NCBI GenBank assembly: GCA_043228905.1
Contig: JBHGNT010000011.1
Span: 7,254,001-7,318,000, forward strand
Direction: 5' to 3'
From: Azolla caroliniana
Lineage: Eukaryota; Plantae; Polypodiophyta
DNA: 64,000 nt
Shown here in pieces: positions 11,701 to 24,991 of the stretch. Both the position numbers and the translations under genes were made by a program. Below the pieces are notes generated by a model, which made no database searches, had not been told where the DNA came from, and worked only from the letters and a program-made list of their open reading frames with translations. Positions within the stretch are counted from its first letter, which is position 1; each line of letters starts with the position of its first letter.

Positions 11701-14625
11701 AAGGAACCGAGGAAACAGTTGACGTGCAAAGAGAAGGGGAAGAGGAAGATGCCGGAATTCGAAACCGGCAACGATGAGTCGGATCGGGGCGTATCCGACT
11801 CCGGAAAGAAGAAAGGCGGATCTTCGGCAACGAAGACCGAACTGGCCAAGAAGGGCTTTAAATCAAGTGACGGTGCGTTGCGCCGATCAACCCGCCAGAA
11901 GGATCCCGTCATGGCGCATCATTATGCGTACATGACTAAAGTGACAGAAGTGCGTGAGCCGAAGAGCTACGCAGAAGCGACAAAGGACGCAAATTGGCGT
12001 GCCGCTATGGACGAAGAAATGCGGGCACTCGATGCCAACGAAACTTGGGACCTAGTTGATCCTCCCCATCACTGTAAACCGATCGGATGCAAGTGGGTGT
12101 ACAAGGTCAAGTACAACGCCGACGGTTCTGTTAACCGGTACAAAGCCCGGTTAGTGGCGAAGGGATACGCGCAGACCCACGGAATCGACTACGACGAGAC
12201 CTTCGCTCCTGTGGCGAAGATGACGACGGTTCGTGTGGTACTGGCGGTTGCTGCGGCAAGGGGGTGGCATCTTCACCAGATGGATGTGAAGAATGCCTTC
12301 CTTCAAGGAGAGCTTGAAGAAGAAGTCTTTATGACTCAGCCCCCCAGATTTCAATCAGAGTTGAACACATCGGCGGTATGCCGACTGAAGAAGTCGCTTT
12401 ACGGCTTAAAGCAAGCCCCCCGAGCTTGGAACGTGAAGATCACGCACCGGTTGCGTAAGTTGGGGTTTGCTGTCTTTAAGTCGGACTCTTCGTTGTTCAT
12501 CCGGCAAGGCTCTGACGGTCCGGTATGTATACTCTTGTATGTGGATGATTTAGTCATCACGGGACCGGGTCTTCCCGAAATCAACCGCGTCAAGTCCCAG
12601 TTGTCGGACGCATTCGAAATGAAGGACCTGGGGGACCTTCATTATTTTCTTGGGATCGAAGTGATCCGGACCCCCGACGGCATATTGCTCTCACAACGAC
12701 ATTACGTGTTGAATATGCTGTATAAGTTCGGCATGACGGATTGCCGACCTGTCTCCACACCCCTGGACCGGAACCAGAAGCTCCATCCCAACTCCGGACC
12801 GGCCTATAATGAGAAACTGTTCCAATAGGTTGTCGGAAGCCTGATCTACTTAACCATCACCCGACCCGACATCAGCTATCCGGTCGGCATGGTAAGCCAG
12901 TTCATGCAGAAGCCGACCGTGGAGCACCTTCAGTGCGCGCAACGAATATTACGGTATGTCAGCAGCACTAAGGACCGGGGACTGCTATACCGGCGAGGTA
13001 TACCCGAAGAGCTTGTCGGTTACACAGATGTTGACTGGGCCGGCGATGCGTCTGATCGCCGCTCCACTTCCGGATACATGTTCTCCATAGGTAGTGCGGC
13101 CGTTGCGTGGAGCAGCAAGAAGCAGCCCACAATGGCGTTGTCAAGCACTGAGGCTGGGTACCGGGCTGCTACTGTTGCCACTTGTGAAGCCATCTGGCTT
13201 CGGCGACTGCTGCGAGACTTGCGGATCGAGGTACCGACCCCGATCCCGATTTACTGCGATAACATGAGCAGCCCGTAGCTCGCCAGGAACCCTGTGTTCC
13301 ATGCTCGCACAAAGCACATCGAGGTGCACTACCACTTCGTGCGTGAGTGGGTCCTGAGCGGTGAAGTTGACCTACGGTATGTTCATACGGATCGGCAAGT
13401 TGCCGACATCTTCACCAAGCCGCTCGGATCGGACAAGTTGCAACACTTTACCGACATGCTTGGTATTCAGCATCTCGACGTGCCGCACTTGAGGGGGAGA
13501 AGCAAGGGCAAAGTCTCTACTGAAACGGGCAAAGGCCAAAAAATTGTTGAACCCGTTGGTAAGAGGAGAGCCGGAAGAAGAGGAGACAAGAAGATGAAGG
13601 AAGCCGAGTCGACGAAGGAAGTTGACACATCCGAATAGGTCGGAGCAAGCGGCTGTGAAGAAGAGTTGTGCACTCAGGAAGAGAAGTGCATGTTGTGCGG
13701 AGGTCATCACGACGGTACTGATCATGATGCAGAGTCGAATGAAGAATTCGATTTCGGTTCACCGGCTGAAGAAGTCGAGGGAAGCATGGAGAAGGCCAAG
13801 ACTCGGATGTGGTCCGATGTGGTGAGAGGCCTGAAGCCGGAAGTTGAATCGGAGTGTACCGATTTGGACAAGAGCTGGAACGAGTCGGAGACAGCTGACT
13901 CGGACCAACAGATGGATCCGGATGAGTCGGATCGACTGAAGGCCAAGGGGACACAGACACAGCGGAAGTCGATGCCATCATGGGAGAACCGACGGATCGG
14001 TAAGCGCCGGAGTCACAGCAACGTGAGTGCTGAGATGGGCCTATTGAGTAGACATGCCGACCGAGAGGGGCGAGGCGCGCAGAACCAAAGGGGTCGCGGC
14101 AAACGGGACCGGACCGGACGAGGAGAGTGAGCAAGGCGGAGTGACGCCAGGAGAAGTCGGTTGGAAGAACCGACTGCCACAGAGGTCAACACTACGACCC
14201 CACCTCAGGTTGAGGTTGAGGGGGAGTGTTGAGCGGCAAGCTCAACCGGAGCCGGATCGGCTGAATAAGCCGGAGCCGGTAAGCGAGACGGATCAAGCGA
14301 AACGGATCGGTATGACGGTGAGCAACCGAACCGGCAAGCAGTGGAGGCCGGGTGCAATCCATAACCGGAAGTCCAATCGGAAGCCTAGTATAGGATAGTC
14401 TACTAGGTAGCTATAGTCCCGTAGTAAGTGTTAGATGCTCGTGTGAGCATTGAAGTACATGGTACTTCTGTCAGTCCCAAGTGGACTTGTATAAATAGTG
14501 CTACTTAGCACATTGTGTATACAGAGTCTGAAAATAATTTTGAAATTACGTTCTGCTCTCTCTGTCTCTCTCTCTCTCTCTGTGTTGTTCTCTGTTTTAC
14601 GCTTCCGCAAACACTCACGTTTTCA
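8721..14625 (+). mobile_element. Full-length Ty1/copia LTR retrotransposon (family B)
   Basis: 399-bp LTRs 8721-9119 and 14227-14625 (about 9 differences by eye); TSD AGGGG at 8716-8720 and 14626-14630; PBS TGGTATCAGAGC at 9120-9131; PPT at 14218-14226. Confidence 0.97.
9214..14130 (+). pseudogene. Copia gag-pol in a single frame with five internal stops and a long C-terminal extension
   Basis: ORFs starting at 9214, 10471, 11521, 12889, 13294 and 13666 are all in the same frame. Motifs: [78 protein letters not shown]. Confidence 0.93.
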
Positions 14626-14630
14626 AGGGG

Positions 14631-14952
14631 CGTAGATGTCATCCAACATGACATAAATCTAAAGGAGGGTACAATTCTAGTTGCACAAAAGTTGCGAATG
14701 CTAGGAAGTCAAAGCTTTGTTGCGTGCACAATTCATTTATCGTGTGGAGGATTCTAAATGGGTTTCGCCCATTGTGGTGGTACCTAAAAAGAAAGGAAAG
14801 TGGAGGGTTTGTGTCAATTACAAAAATCTAAATGCGGCTACCAAGAGGGATCACTTTCCTCTCCCTTCCAATATGAAATATTAGATGAAATTGCAAGTCA
14901 TGAAATGTACTCTGTTTGTGATGGCTATTTAGGTTATTTTCAAATTCGTATT
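14631..14952 (+). pseudogene. Gypsy RT fragment continuing the 5990-8720 element
   Basis: Decayed RT N-terminal motifs (SPIVVVPKK...WRVCVNY...DHFPLP...DGY.GYFQI). Confidence 0.75.
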
Positions 14953-16698
14953 TGTAAAAGTTATGTGTGGAAGTGTAGACACAACTGGCTTAGCCGGATA
15001 GCAATAGAAAGACAAAAATGAAGGTTTAATGGAAGCTTGAGAATACACAGTACGCAAGAGAGACATAGAGAGCAGAACATAAACTCTATTTCAAAATAAA
15101 CTCAATACTTTGTATATCAAATGTGCTCAGAGAGCACTTTCATATAAGTTCTTAAAAGGACTAACACAAGTGCCTTCAATACTTGAATGCTCACAAGTGA
15201 GCCCCTACACTAACTCCCAAATATATTCCTTCACGGAATATCTTTCCAACGCTCTTCCGACTCCAACGGATCGGTCCAATCTAATCCGATTCTCGGCTTC
15301 TTCAACCGATCCGGCCCAAGTTGAGCTTGCTCGTTCAACACTCCCCCTCAAGCTCAACTTGAGATTCTCCTTGAGTCAACATCTTACTCTTCCTAGCATC
15401 TCCAAGCCTTGCTCGCGCTCCTCGTCCGGTTCGTTTCTGCGCTCATTGACCCTTCTGGTCCTTCGCTTTTCGACCCCTCCAGTTCTACGCATCTCGACCC
15501 TTTCGGTTGTCTTGTCTACTCGTAAGACCCTTGTCAGCTCCCTTGCTATCGCAGTACTGGTGCCTCTTGACTCGTTGGCTCCTCTATCTCGGCTACGGCT
15601 TTGGCTGCCATCTCATCGACCTAGTCTTCATGTGATTCGGTTCGTCCAAATTGAACTCCTCAACCGAATCAGGTATCTCCGATTCGTTCCGGCTCTTGTC
15701 CGAATAAGTTTTCTATGATTCGTCTTCCTTTAGTCCCTTGACCACATCTGCACATGTCTTGGTCTTGGCCTTCCCTTGGTCGATTCTATCCTTCTCAAAT
15801 TTGCCACCTCTCTCAACTCTTCCTCCCCTTGGTTTTATTGGGTCTAACTTCAACTCCCTCTTGCATGTAGCTAGCCTTTGCTTAGCCCATCTTCTTCCAC
15901 CTGTACATGCTTCCTCGGCTTCTCCAACCAAACCGGATGTTCTGACTTCTTCAGTCATACCGAAATCGAATTCTTCATCCGATTCGGCTTTTCAGACATC
16001 ATCTCTCTCCTTGTCGGCTTCACTCCTCCGCTTCAAGTTCGGCATGTCGAGATGTTGTAAACCAAGCATAGTCAAAAAATGACGTAACTTGTCCAGGCCA
16101 AGAGGTTTGGTGAAGATATCGACAACATGCCGATCAGTCATAACATGAAGAAGTTTGACTTCACCGGAAAGGGCTTGCTTGCGGGCAAAATGATAGTGCA
16201 CCTCAATGTGCTTGGTTTGGGCGTGGAAGACGGGGTTCTTCGCAAGTTGGATGTTGTTGAGGTTGTTGAGGTTGTTGTAATAGATCATTGTCGGATTGGA
16301 CACCTCCACCTGCAGATCCTACAATAGCCTTTTGAGCCATATGGCTTTGCACGTTGTGACAACCACTCCTCGATACTCATCCTCTTTGCTTGAGAGTGCA
16401 AATGTCGGTTGCTTCTTGTTGCTCCAGGAGACCGAAACGCTTCCAAGTGGAAATGCAAATCCCGATGTAGACCTGTGATCACCGGTGTTTCTGACCCAAT
16501 TGGCATCCGTGTAGCCAACCAACTGTTCAGCAATACCGGTCCGATACAACAATCGCTTGTCCTTAGTGCCGCTGACATACCTCAATATTTGTTGCATGCA
16601 CTGAAGGTGTTCCATGGTCGGATGTGCCATGAATTGACTAATCAAGCCGATCAGATAACTAAGGTCTAGTCGGGTGATGGTCAAATATATAAGGCTAC

Positions 16699-18735
16699 TG
16701 AAAAGAATAGCGTGCGGAAGCAATAGAAAATACGCAGGTTTAATGGAGAGCTTGAATATACGCAGTACGCGGGAGAGACAGAGAGAGAGTACTCACAAAA
16801 ATTCAATTCAAAATAATACTCAATCTGTACATACACCATGCTCAGTGAGCATCTTTTATACAAGCCCTGACAATAGGGCTGATAGTACTTGACCACTCAT
16901 AAATGAGCCTACTACACTAACTCCCAAAATTATTCCTTACGAGGAATATCTTCCCAACGGCCTCACAGTTTTCAGAGCGATACGACCATGTTATGCGTAC
17001 CGATTTATGCACCCAGTCTACGCACTGGGTTACGCATCGTATTATGCACGAATGTTGAGCTTGTCTCTCAGCACTCCCCCTCAAGCTCAACTTGAGGTTC
17101 CACCTGCTCCGTCAGATCTACTCTCTGGTTCCTTCTGACTTCACGCCTTGCTCGCGCTCTTCAACATGTTCGATTCTGCTCGCCTTGACCCTTCCAATCG
17201 GCTTGTCTGCTTACACGACCCTTCTCAGCTTCCTTGTTGTTGTGGTGTTGGCGCCTCTTCTACTGCCTTCTCTTCCGCTTGGCCCTTGGTTGATTCAGCG
17301 TATCCAAATCAAACATCCGAACCGATTCGGCTTCCTTCGATTGGTTTTTGCCGATGTCCGAGTTGGCTGTCTCCAACTCGTCTTCGTTCTTCTTGCCCTT
17401 GATGGCTTCATCTCCCCCATGCTTGGCTGGATTTGGCTCTTTCTTCCGGCCACTCCCCTTATGTCCGCTTTTGGACTCTTCCGCGGATCTGCCCTTGGCT
17501 TCTTTAGCCGATCCAAAATCGAATTCTTCATCCGACTCGGCGTCACGGTCTTTTCCGTTCCTTTCCTGCTCCCTTTTGTTGGTCATCCGGGATGTGGATG
17601 TCATCCGGGACGTCTCTCCCCCTAAAGTTCAGCACGTCGAGGTGATGCAACCCAAGCACACCCGAGAATTGCCGCAACTTGTCCAGACCAAGAGGCTTGG
17701 TGAAGATGTCGGCATTTTGCCGATCGGTCGGAACATACTGAAGTTCGACTTCACCGGAGAGGACACACTCACGGATGAAATGGTAGTGCACCTTAATGTG
17801 CTTAGTCTAGGCGTGGAAGATGAGGTTCTTTGCTAGTTGGATGTTGTTGATGTTATCACAGTAGATTATAGTTGGATCGGATACCTCCACCTGCAAATCC
17901 TTAAGTAGCCGCTTCAACCATATGGCTTCGCATGTCGCGACAGCCGCTCCTCTATACTTGGCTTCGATGCTCGACAACGCAACTGTTGGCTGCTTCTTGC
18001 TACTCCACGCGATTGAGGCACTCCCAAGAGAGAACGCGAAACCGGACGTGGATCGGCGATCGCCGACGTTTCCGGCCCAATAAGCATCGGTGTAACCGAC
18101 CAACTGCGTGGCAGTATTGGTCCGATATAGTAGCCCCTGGTCCTTAGTGCCACTGATGTACCGGAGTATGCGTTGTGCGCACTGAATGTGCTCCTCGGTC
18201 GGTCGCGCCATGAACTGACTAATCACCCCGATCGAGTAGCTGAGATCTGGTTAGGTGATGGTCAAGTATATAAGGCTTTTGACTATCTATCAGAACCTCA
18301 TCGTGTCGCATACCTTTCCAGAATTGGGGCGAAGCTTGACGGTTCTATCCAGAGGAGTCGAGACAAACTTACAATCGGCCATCCAGAATTTGAAGAGCAT
18401 ACTTAGCACGTAATGTCGTGGGCTGATCAGTATGCCTTCGGGGGTGCGTATCACTTTGATCCCGAGGAAGTAATGAAGGTCCCCCAGATCCTTCATGTCG
18501 AATGATGCCGCAAGTTGGAGCTTCACGCGGTCAATCTGACCTAGGTCGACGCCGGTGATGACCAAGTCATCAACATAAAGTAAAATGCTAACCGGCCCAA
18601 GTCGACCTTTCCAGATGAACAGTGAGGAGTCCAATTTTGACGTCGCAAAGCCCATCCAATGCAATCGTTGCGTGATCTTTGCGTTCCAGGCACGTAGGGC
18701 TTGCTTTAGTCCATAAAGGGACTTCTTCAATCGGC
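16699..18735 (-). mobile_element. 5'-truncated copia (family B variant): 3' LTR, PPT, C-terminal extension, RNase H and partial RT
   Basis: LTR 16699-17073 (similar to 19711-20151), PPT complement CTCCCCCTC at 17074-17082; ORFs 17543-17791, 17807-18226 and 18290-18730 ([17 protein letters not shown]). It interrupts the host between RFRQIV and SLIYLT. Confidence 0.75.
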
Positions 18736-19023
18736 ACTATCTGTCTGAACCTTTATGGGTTGCATGCTAATCCGGAGTCGAGGCGAAGCTTCACATTCCT
18801 ATCCAAAGGAGTTGAGACGGACTTATACTCCGTCATACCGAACCTCAAGAGCACACTCAACACATAATGTCATTGGCTGATCATTATGCCTTCGGGTGTT
18901 CGGATCACTTCGATCCCAAGGAAGTAATGAAGGTCCCCCAAATCTTTCATGTGAAATGATGCTACTACCCGATTTCTTCTTGGTTGGCACCAGCGATGAC
19001 TAAATCATCAACGTAAAGTAAAA

Positions 19024-21585
19024 TGAAACAAATACTGCTCGGCCACAACTGAATCTCACACTCACAATGGAAGAAACAAACAAAACAAGTAGATTGATAC
19101 ACACTTGCACATGAAATAAGATGACACGGGGTATTAATGTGGAAAACCTCAAGGAGGCATAACTAGGGGAGTTTTCTATCTCTAACAGAAATCACTATAT
19201 GAAATAGAGAGATACAATGTGAAGCTTAGAGGCACTGACCTCGAGCTCTATGACCTCGCTAACAAGCAGTTACAACAGAAACTTACTTTCTGTTCTCTCT
19301 CTCTCTCTCCCACTCTCTGTCTATACAACAACACTCAACTCGAATAAAAATTGTATACATCTCTATGAGTATAAATATAACTAGGGCATCTAGAGATGCA
19401 TCTAGAGTTGGAGACAGGCAACCCGGACGAAAGCGAAAACCGATCGAAGGAAGCCGAGTTGGTTCGGATGTTTGATTCGGATACATTGAATCAACCAAGG
19501 GCCAAGCAGAAGAGAAGGCAGTAGAAGAGGCGCCAACACCGCAATAGCAAGTAAGTTGAGAAGGGCCGTGTGAGCAGACAAAGCGACCGGAAGGGTCGAG
19601 GCGCACGAAATCGAACAGGTCGAGGAGTGTGAGTGAGGCATGAAGCCAGAAGGAACCGGAGCGTAGATCTAGAAGAGCAGATGGAACCTCAAGTTGAGCT
19701 TGAGGGGGAGTGTTGAGATACAAGCTCAACATTGGCCGTATCGGTTGTGCAAGCCGAGAACCCGATCGGTTGGGATCGATTGGTTAGGCCGGACCAGTGC
19801 GTAAACCAGTGCGCAGACCGGTGCGCAATGAGAAGCCGTAGTGGTGCGTAAACCGTGAGGCCGTTGGAAAGATATTCCATGTAGGAATATATTTTGGGAG
19901 TTAGTGTAGAGCTCATTTAAGAGCATTGAAGTACGTGTCAGTACTTCTGTCAGTTCGTATGGTCTTGTATAAAAGTGCTCACTAAGCACATCCTATGTAC
20001 AGATTGAGTATTATTTTGAATTGGGTTTCTGTGTCTTCTCTCTCTCTCTCTCTCTCTCTCTCCCACGTACTGTGTATATTCAAGCTCTCCATTAAACCTG
20101 CGTATTTTCTGTGTTCGGTTTTCTACTTGCTTCCGCTCGCTATTCTTTACATCTATGAACGTCACAAAGTATTGCGACCCCCCATGTGACTTCATGTCCA
20201 CTTGGCATACATCGGTATGCACAAGCTCTAATGGTTCTTTCCGTCTTGTTAGTGGTCTTGACCGGAAAGAGGTTCGGTTTTGCTTGTCGGCCAAACAATC
20301 AGTGCACCTCTCAAGTTGCACGTCTTTCACCTCCGAAATGAGGTCATCCTCGAAAATTCTTCTCATCCCTTTCTAGCTCATGTGACACAACCTCTTGTGC
20401 CACAACTCACCGGCAGTGTTGGATGCAATGTTTACTTCTTCCTAGCAAATCCGAGCATGCATCAGGTACAAGGTGTTGATCTTTCAGGCTCGGGCCACGA
20501 TGAAGCTTCCTTTGCTAAACTTCATGACTCTGTTCCAAATACAATCCATGTAGACTTCATCATCCAGCCGACTAGTTGATATCAGGTTCAACCGAACCTC
20601 CAGAACATGTCAGACATCTTTTAGCAGCAACTTGCACCCAGTTGACATAGTCAACCATACGTCTCCTATGCACCTTCATTCCCCATCCTCACATATCCGT
20701 GATCTTCGACTCTGTTGGATGTGAAGCACTTCCGGTCGGGAGTAAGATGGAACAACACTCTAGAGTCAACCACCCTCACTGTTTCGTTGCTAATAGGATG
20801 TAGCTTGCTCTTCTCGGTGATGAGCAAAAGTTCTTCTTTGCTTGTCATGATTGCCGACATTCCTTTCCGAGCTGAAATCTTCTTCAGTTCGGCAACGTTG
20901 GCTCCCTCTTTGGCTTTCCGGAAGTGTCAGTAGTTCTTTTGGAAGTGCCCTAGCTTCCCACAGTAGAAGGCTCTGATACCAAATTGATACAAATAGTGCT
21001 CGGCCACAACCGATCCTCACCCTCACAATGGAAGAAACAAACAAAACAAGTAGATTGATACACACTTGCACACGAAATAAGATGACACATGGTATTAACG
21101 TGGAAAACCTGAAGGAGGCAAAACCATGGGAGTTTTCTAACTCTGAACAAAATCACTATATGAAATAGAGAAATACAATATGAAGCTCAAAGGCACCGAC
21201 CTCGAGCTCTGTGACCTCGCTAACAAGTGCTTACAACAGAAACTTACTTTTGTTCTCTCGAGCTCTCTTTCTCTCCCACTCTCTATCTGTACAACAACAA
21301 CAACATTCAACTCAAATAAAAATTGTATACATCTCTAGTTGCCCTAGTTATATTTATACTCATATAACTTTTCGGGCTATTTACAAGTATGGCCTCAATG
21401 GCACATAGGAACATATTTACCAATATGTCCCTTCTCATGGTTCACATCGGATCTGGCCGGACCCCTTCCAGGTCCATCCAGTCTGGCTTCCAGATATCCT
21501 TTCGGGTCCATCTGATTTGGCTTCTTGCTTCGGCTTGTCCGATCTGGCTCGTCCTACCCCATTTGGAGGAACCAGATTCCCAACA
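19024..21585 (-). mobile_element. Internally deleted copia (family A-like) inserted next to the host RT YVDD motif
   Basis: TSD TAAAA at 19019-19023 and 21586-21590; 5' LTR 20985-21585; truncated 3' LTR from 19024 to about 19400; PBS complement at 20970-20981 joined directly to the zinc knuckle; PR/IN remnants 20152-20969. Confidence 0.85.
19400..20151 (+). mobile_element. 3' end of a copia family B element (extension remnant, PPT, LTR)
   Basis: PPT GAGGGGGAG at 19702-19710 followed by LTR TGTTGAGA...CTTTACA at 19711-20151. Confidence 0.8.
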
Positions 21586-24500
21586 TAAAATACTAACCTG
21601 TCCACTCCAACCTTGCCAGATGAAGAGTGAAGAGTTCAAGTTTAATGTGGAAAACCCCATCCGACGCAATCGCTGCATGATCTTCATATTCGAGGCACAT
21701 GGGGTTGCTTTAGTCCGTAGAGGGACTTCTTCAGTTAGAAAACAGTCGATGTGTTCATTCCAGCCTGAAACCCAGGGGGGTTGTACCATGTACACATATT
21801 CCTCAAGATCACCTTGCAGGAACGCATTCTTTACATGCATTTGATGTAAGTGCCACCCCTTTGCAAGACACAGATGATCATCATCTTCGCGACCGGTGCA
21901 AACGTCTTATCGTAGACGATGTCGTGCTACTGCGCATATCCCTTGGCCACTAACCGGGCCTTGTACCGGTTGATGGAGACGTCGGAATTGTATTAGACAT
22001 TGTACACCCATCGGCATCTGATCCACTAAACCCCTTTTGGTATGTCAACCAAGACTCATGTTTCATTCTCCATGAGTGCGTGCATCTTTTCCTCCGTGGC
22101 CTTTTTCTAGTTCAGATCCCCTGGCCGCTTATGAGTAGCTCTCTTGCTCACGCCCTATGGCCACCTTCACCATGTACGCATAATGATGTGCCATATACTC
22201 ATTGTACCCGTACCAGATCATGAGATTCATATGATGGGTGGATAGATGTAACTTTGGGGTTCGCCGATTTCGTGGCCCTCTCGGCCGACTTTGACCTCAT
22301 TTTCGGAGGTTCATCTTCAGGATTTCTAGAGTCTAATTCAATCTGATCCGACTTTTCTTTGTCTATGTGGCACTCTGGTATCTTCATCTTTCCTTTCTCC
22401 TTGTGTGTAAGCCGTCTCCTCATCTTCCAATGCGGGGACAACACGACTGAGTCTCCAGTACTCGCTAGCTCATCATCCGACTGGTTGATCCGACTCAGTC
22501 TCTCACTCGGCCCATTTAGCCAGAATGAGGTCTGACTCTCTTCTTGAGCACCGATTTTGTTTTCATCTGGAAGCATCTCGTCCTCATTGACCTCGTCCTT
22601 AGGGATCGGAATGGAGTTTTCATGGTTCAAAGACGAAGGCAAGTACCACGACGATGACATCACGACTTACCTAGGCCTTTTTGGTTCGGGGGTTATTAAA
22701 TTTATAACCCTTCTGTTCTTTTGAGTAGCCAACCAAGATACACTTCTCGGTCTTTGCGTCTAGCTTCCTTCGTTTCTCCTTGTTGAGCTGGGAAGCTCAA
22801 CCAGATCTGGAACAGAGAATCGGATAGGTACCCGGATCGGTGTCAGGATATATCAGTATCTAGAACCTAGAGCCGGATCGGAGAACGGGATCGTACTCCG
22901 GAATTGTGGGAACTTGTAGGCCGTTGGAGCCTACGGTCCGAGCCTAGTACATAGGCATATTCCTTGGAGTTAGTTTCAATCATTCGTATGAGCATTGAAG
23001 TACTTGCCAGTACTTTTGTTAGTCCTTTTAAGGACTTGTATAAAAAATGTTCTGTAGGACATTTGTATGTACAAAGTGTTCTTAGTTTTTAATTGAGTTT
23101 ATTTTGTTCTGCTCTCTCTGTGCCTCTCGCTCTCTGTCTGTGTGATTCAAGCTTCCATTAAACCTGTGTGTATTTTCTATTGGTATCTATGTAAACCAGT
23201 TTGTCAAAGCTTCCACATAATAACTTTAACATGGTATCAGAGCGGGAGTGTTGAGAATCCTCTGTTGTCGATGGGTGATGCTCACAGACAAACCCTAACA
23301 CCCGGTAAAGAACAGGAAGGAAGATTTGGATAGAAGTATGGCAAGCTCACTTCCAACAGAAAAGTTCTACCAGAGCAATTATGTTTCCTCGTCGTATACA
23401 ATGCACCAGTACCTACTGGGGCATGGATATTGGAGCTACGTGGAAGGAGTGAATGTAGCAGTGCTGGATTCGGCACACAAGGACTTCCCAGCATGGGAGC
23501 AAGGAGCAAGTAGAGTATTGTATTGCCTCGCATCTTGTGTGCAAGACCAGATGCTTGGTTACATCAGGGATGCAAAAACGCCAAAAGAGGTCTAGAAAAA
23601 TCTCTAGAAGATTTTTGCCACTCTAGCAAGAGCTCATCAATATCCAGAAACAGGACATGTCATCAACTACACCACCAAGATGAAGGAAATCTGACGCGCT
23701 CGGTTCCATCAACGTGATTGTGGACGAGGATAAGATGGTCCAGATCTACCTCAATGGTCTAGCACAATGGTACGGGCCAATCCGGATAGTGATTTGAACC
23801 CAAGGGAAACCACCATCTTTCTTTGACCTACAATTTATGCTAATGGTCGAAGAAAACCACGCGAGTGGATCCAGGACCACTCAATCAGACAGTCGTCTGT
23901 TATACACCGAGGTGGATCAGCCCCGTGGGCGTGGAGAATGAGGTGGGTTGGCATGCAATAGCGGCGGCCGGCAAGAGCAGAATCGGAGGCATGAAGATAG
24001 TGCCAACAATAGTTCCGGACCCTCAACAAGCAGGGGGAGTCAAGGTAGCGCCAGAAACTGGCAATCGAAAGCTGACACGGAATGCTGGTATTGTGGCAAG
24101 AAGGACCACCGAGAGAGTGAGTGCTGGAAGAAGTGCGCTGATTTGGATAAATCCGGATCCGCCAAGGCCGGACAAGGGGACCGGCAAAGCTCACACTACG
24201 TAGAAGGATCGGAAGGATCCAGAACTAGTAAGACCAGAAAAGGGCACCTTTGTGATGAAGCACAAGGTAAACTCAATGAAGAAGACCACTCTGACATTGA
24301 AGGAAGTGTGGTACGTTGAATCCAGAGCGTCTAACCACATGACGAGCCACGAAGAGTGGTTCTTGTTTCGAGAAAAGCTGGAGCAACTGGGAGTTGTCAA
24401 ACCCGGAGACGACACTCCTCACCTAATAGTGCATGTCGGACAACAAGGGACGCTTATGAACGTGCTTCATGTCTCGACAATCACAAAGAACCTGGAGTCG

Positions 24501-24647
24501 GTCGGGCAAATCGTCAACCAAGGGGATTCAAGTGCGATTTACACATCTTGGGTGCGTCATCGAGGAAGAGGGTCGTATCATCATGCAAGGGCTTCGGGAT
24601 GGGAGGATGTTTATCCTCGACACCAATGACGTTGGCACTGCTATGTT

Positions 24648-24939
24648 TGTCATGATATGACAAGACTCGAACCCATGACCTTATATTACATGGGTCGAGC
24701 TCTTGACCATTAGACTATATGGTATAGTACAAAAGACATTATTTTCATTTAAGTTTTACTATAGAAAATTGATGTATATTCCAGATTTCTCTGAAACATT
24801 CTAGAAACTTCAGGAGCACTCCTAAGAACACTATAAAAGGAGGCACAAGGCATTATTTTGAACCAAATCGGTTCAACACCAGTTTTAACCCTCCTAGCCA
24901 TCCTTGTATATTCTTTCACATAATATATCATTGTCATCA

Positions 24940-24991
<52 letters not shown>

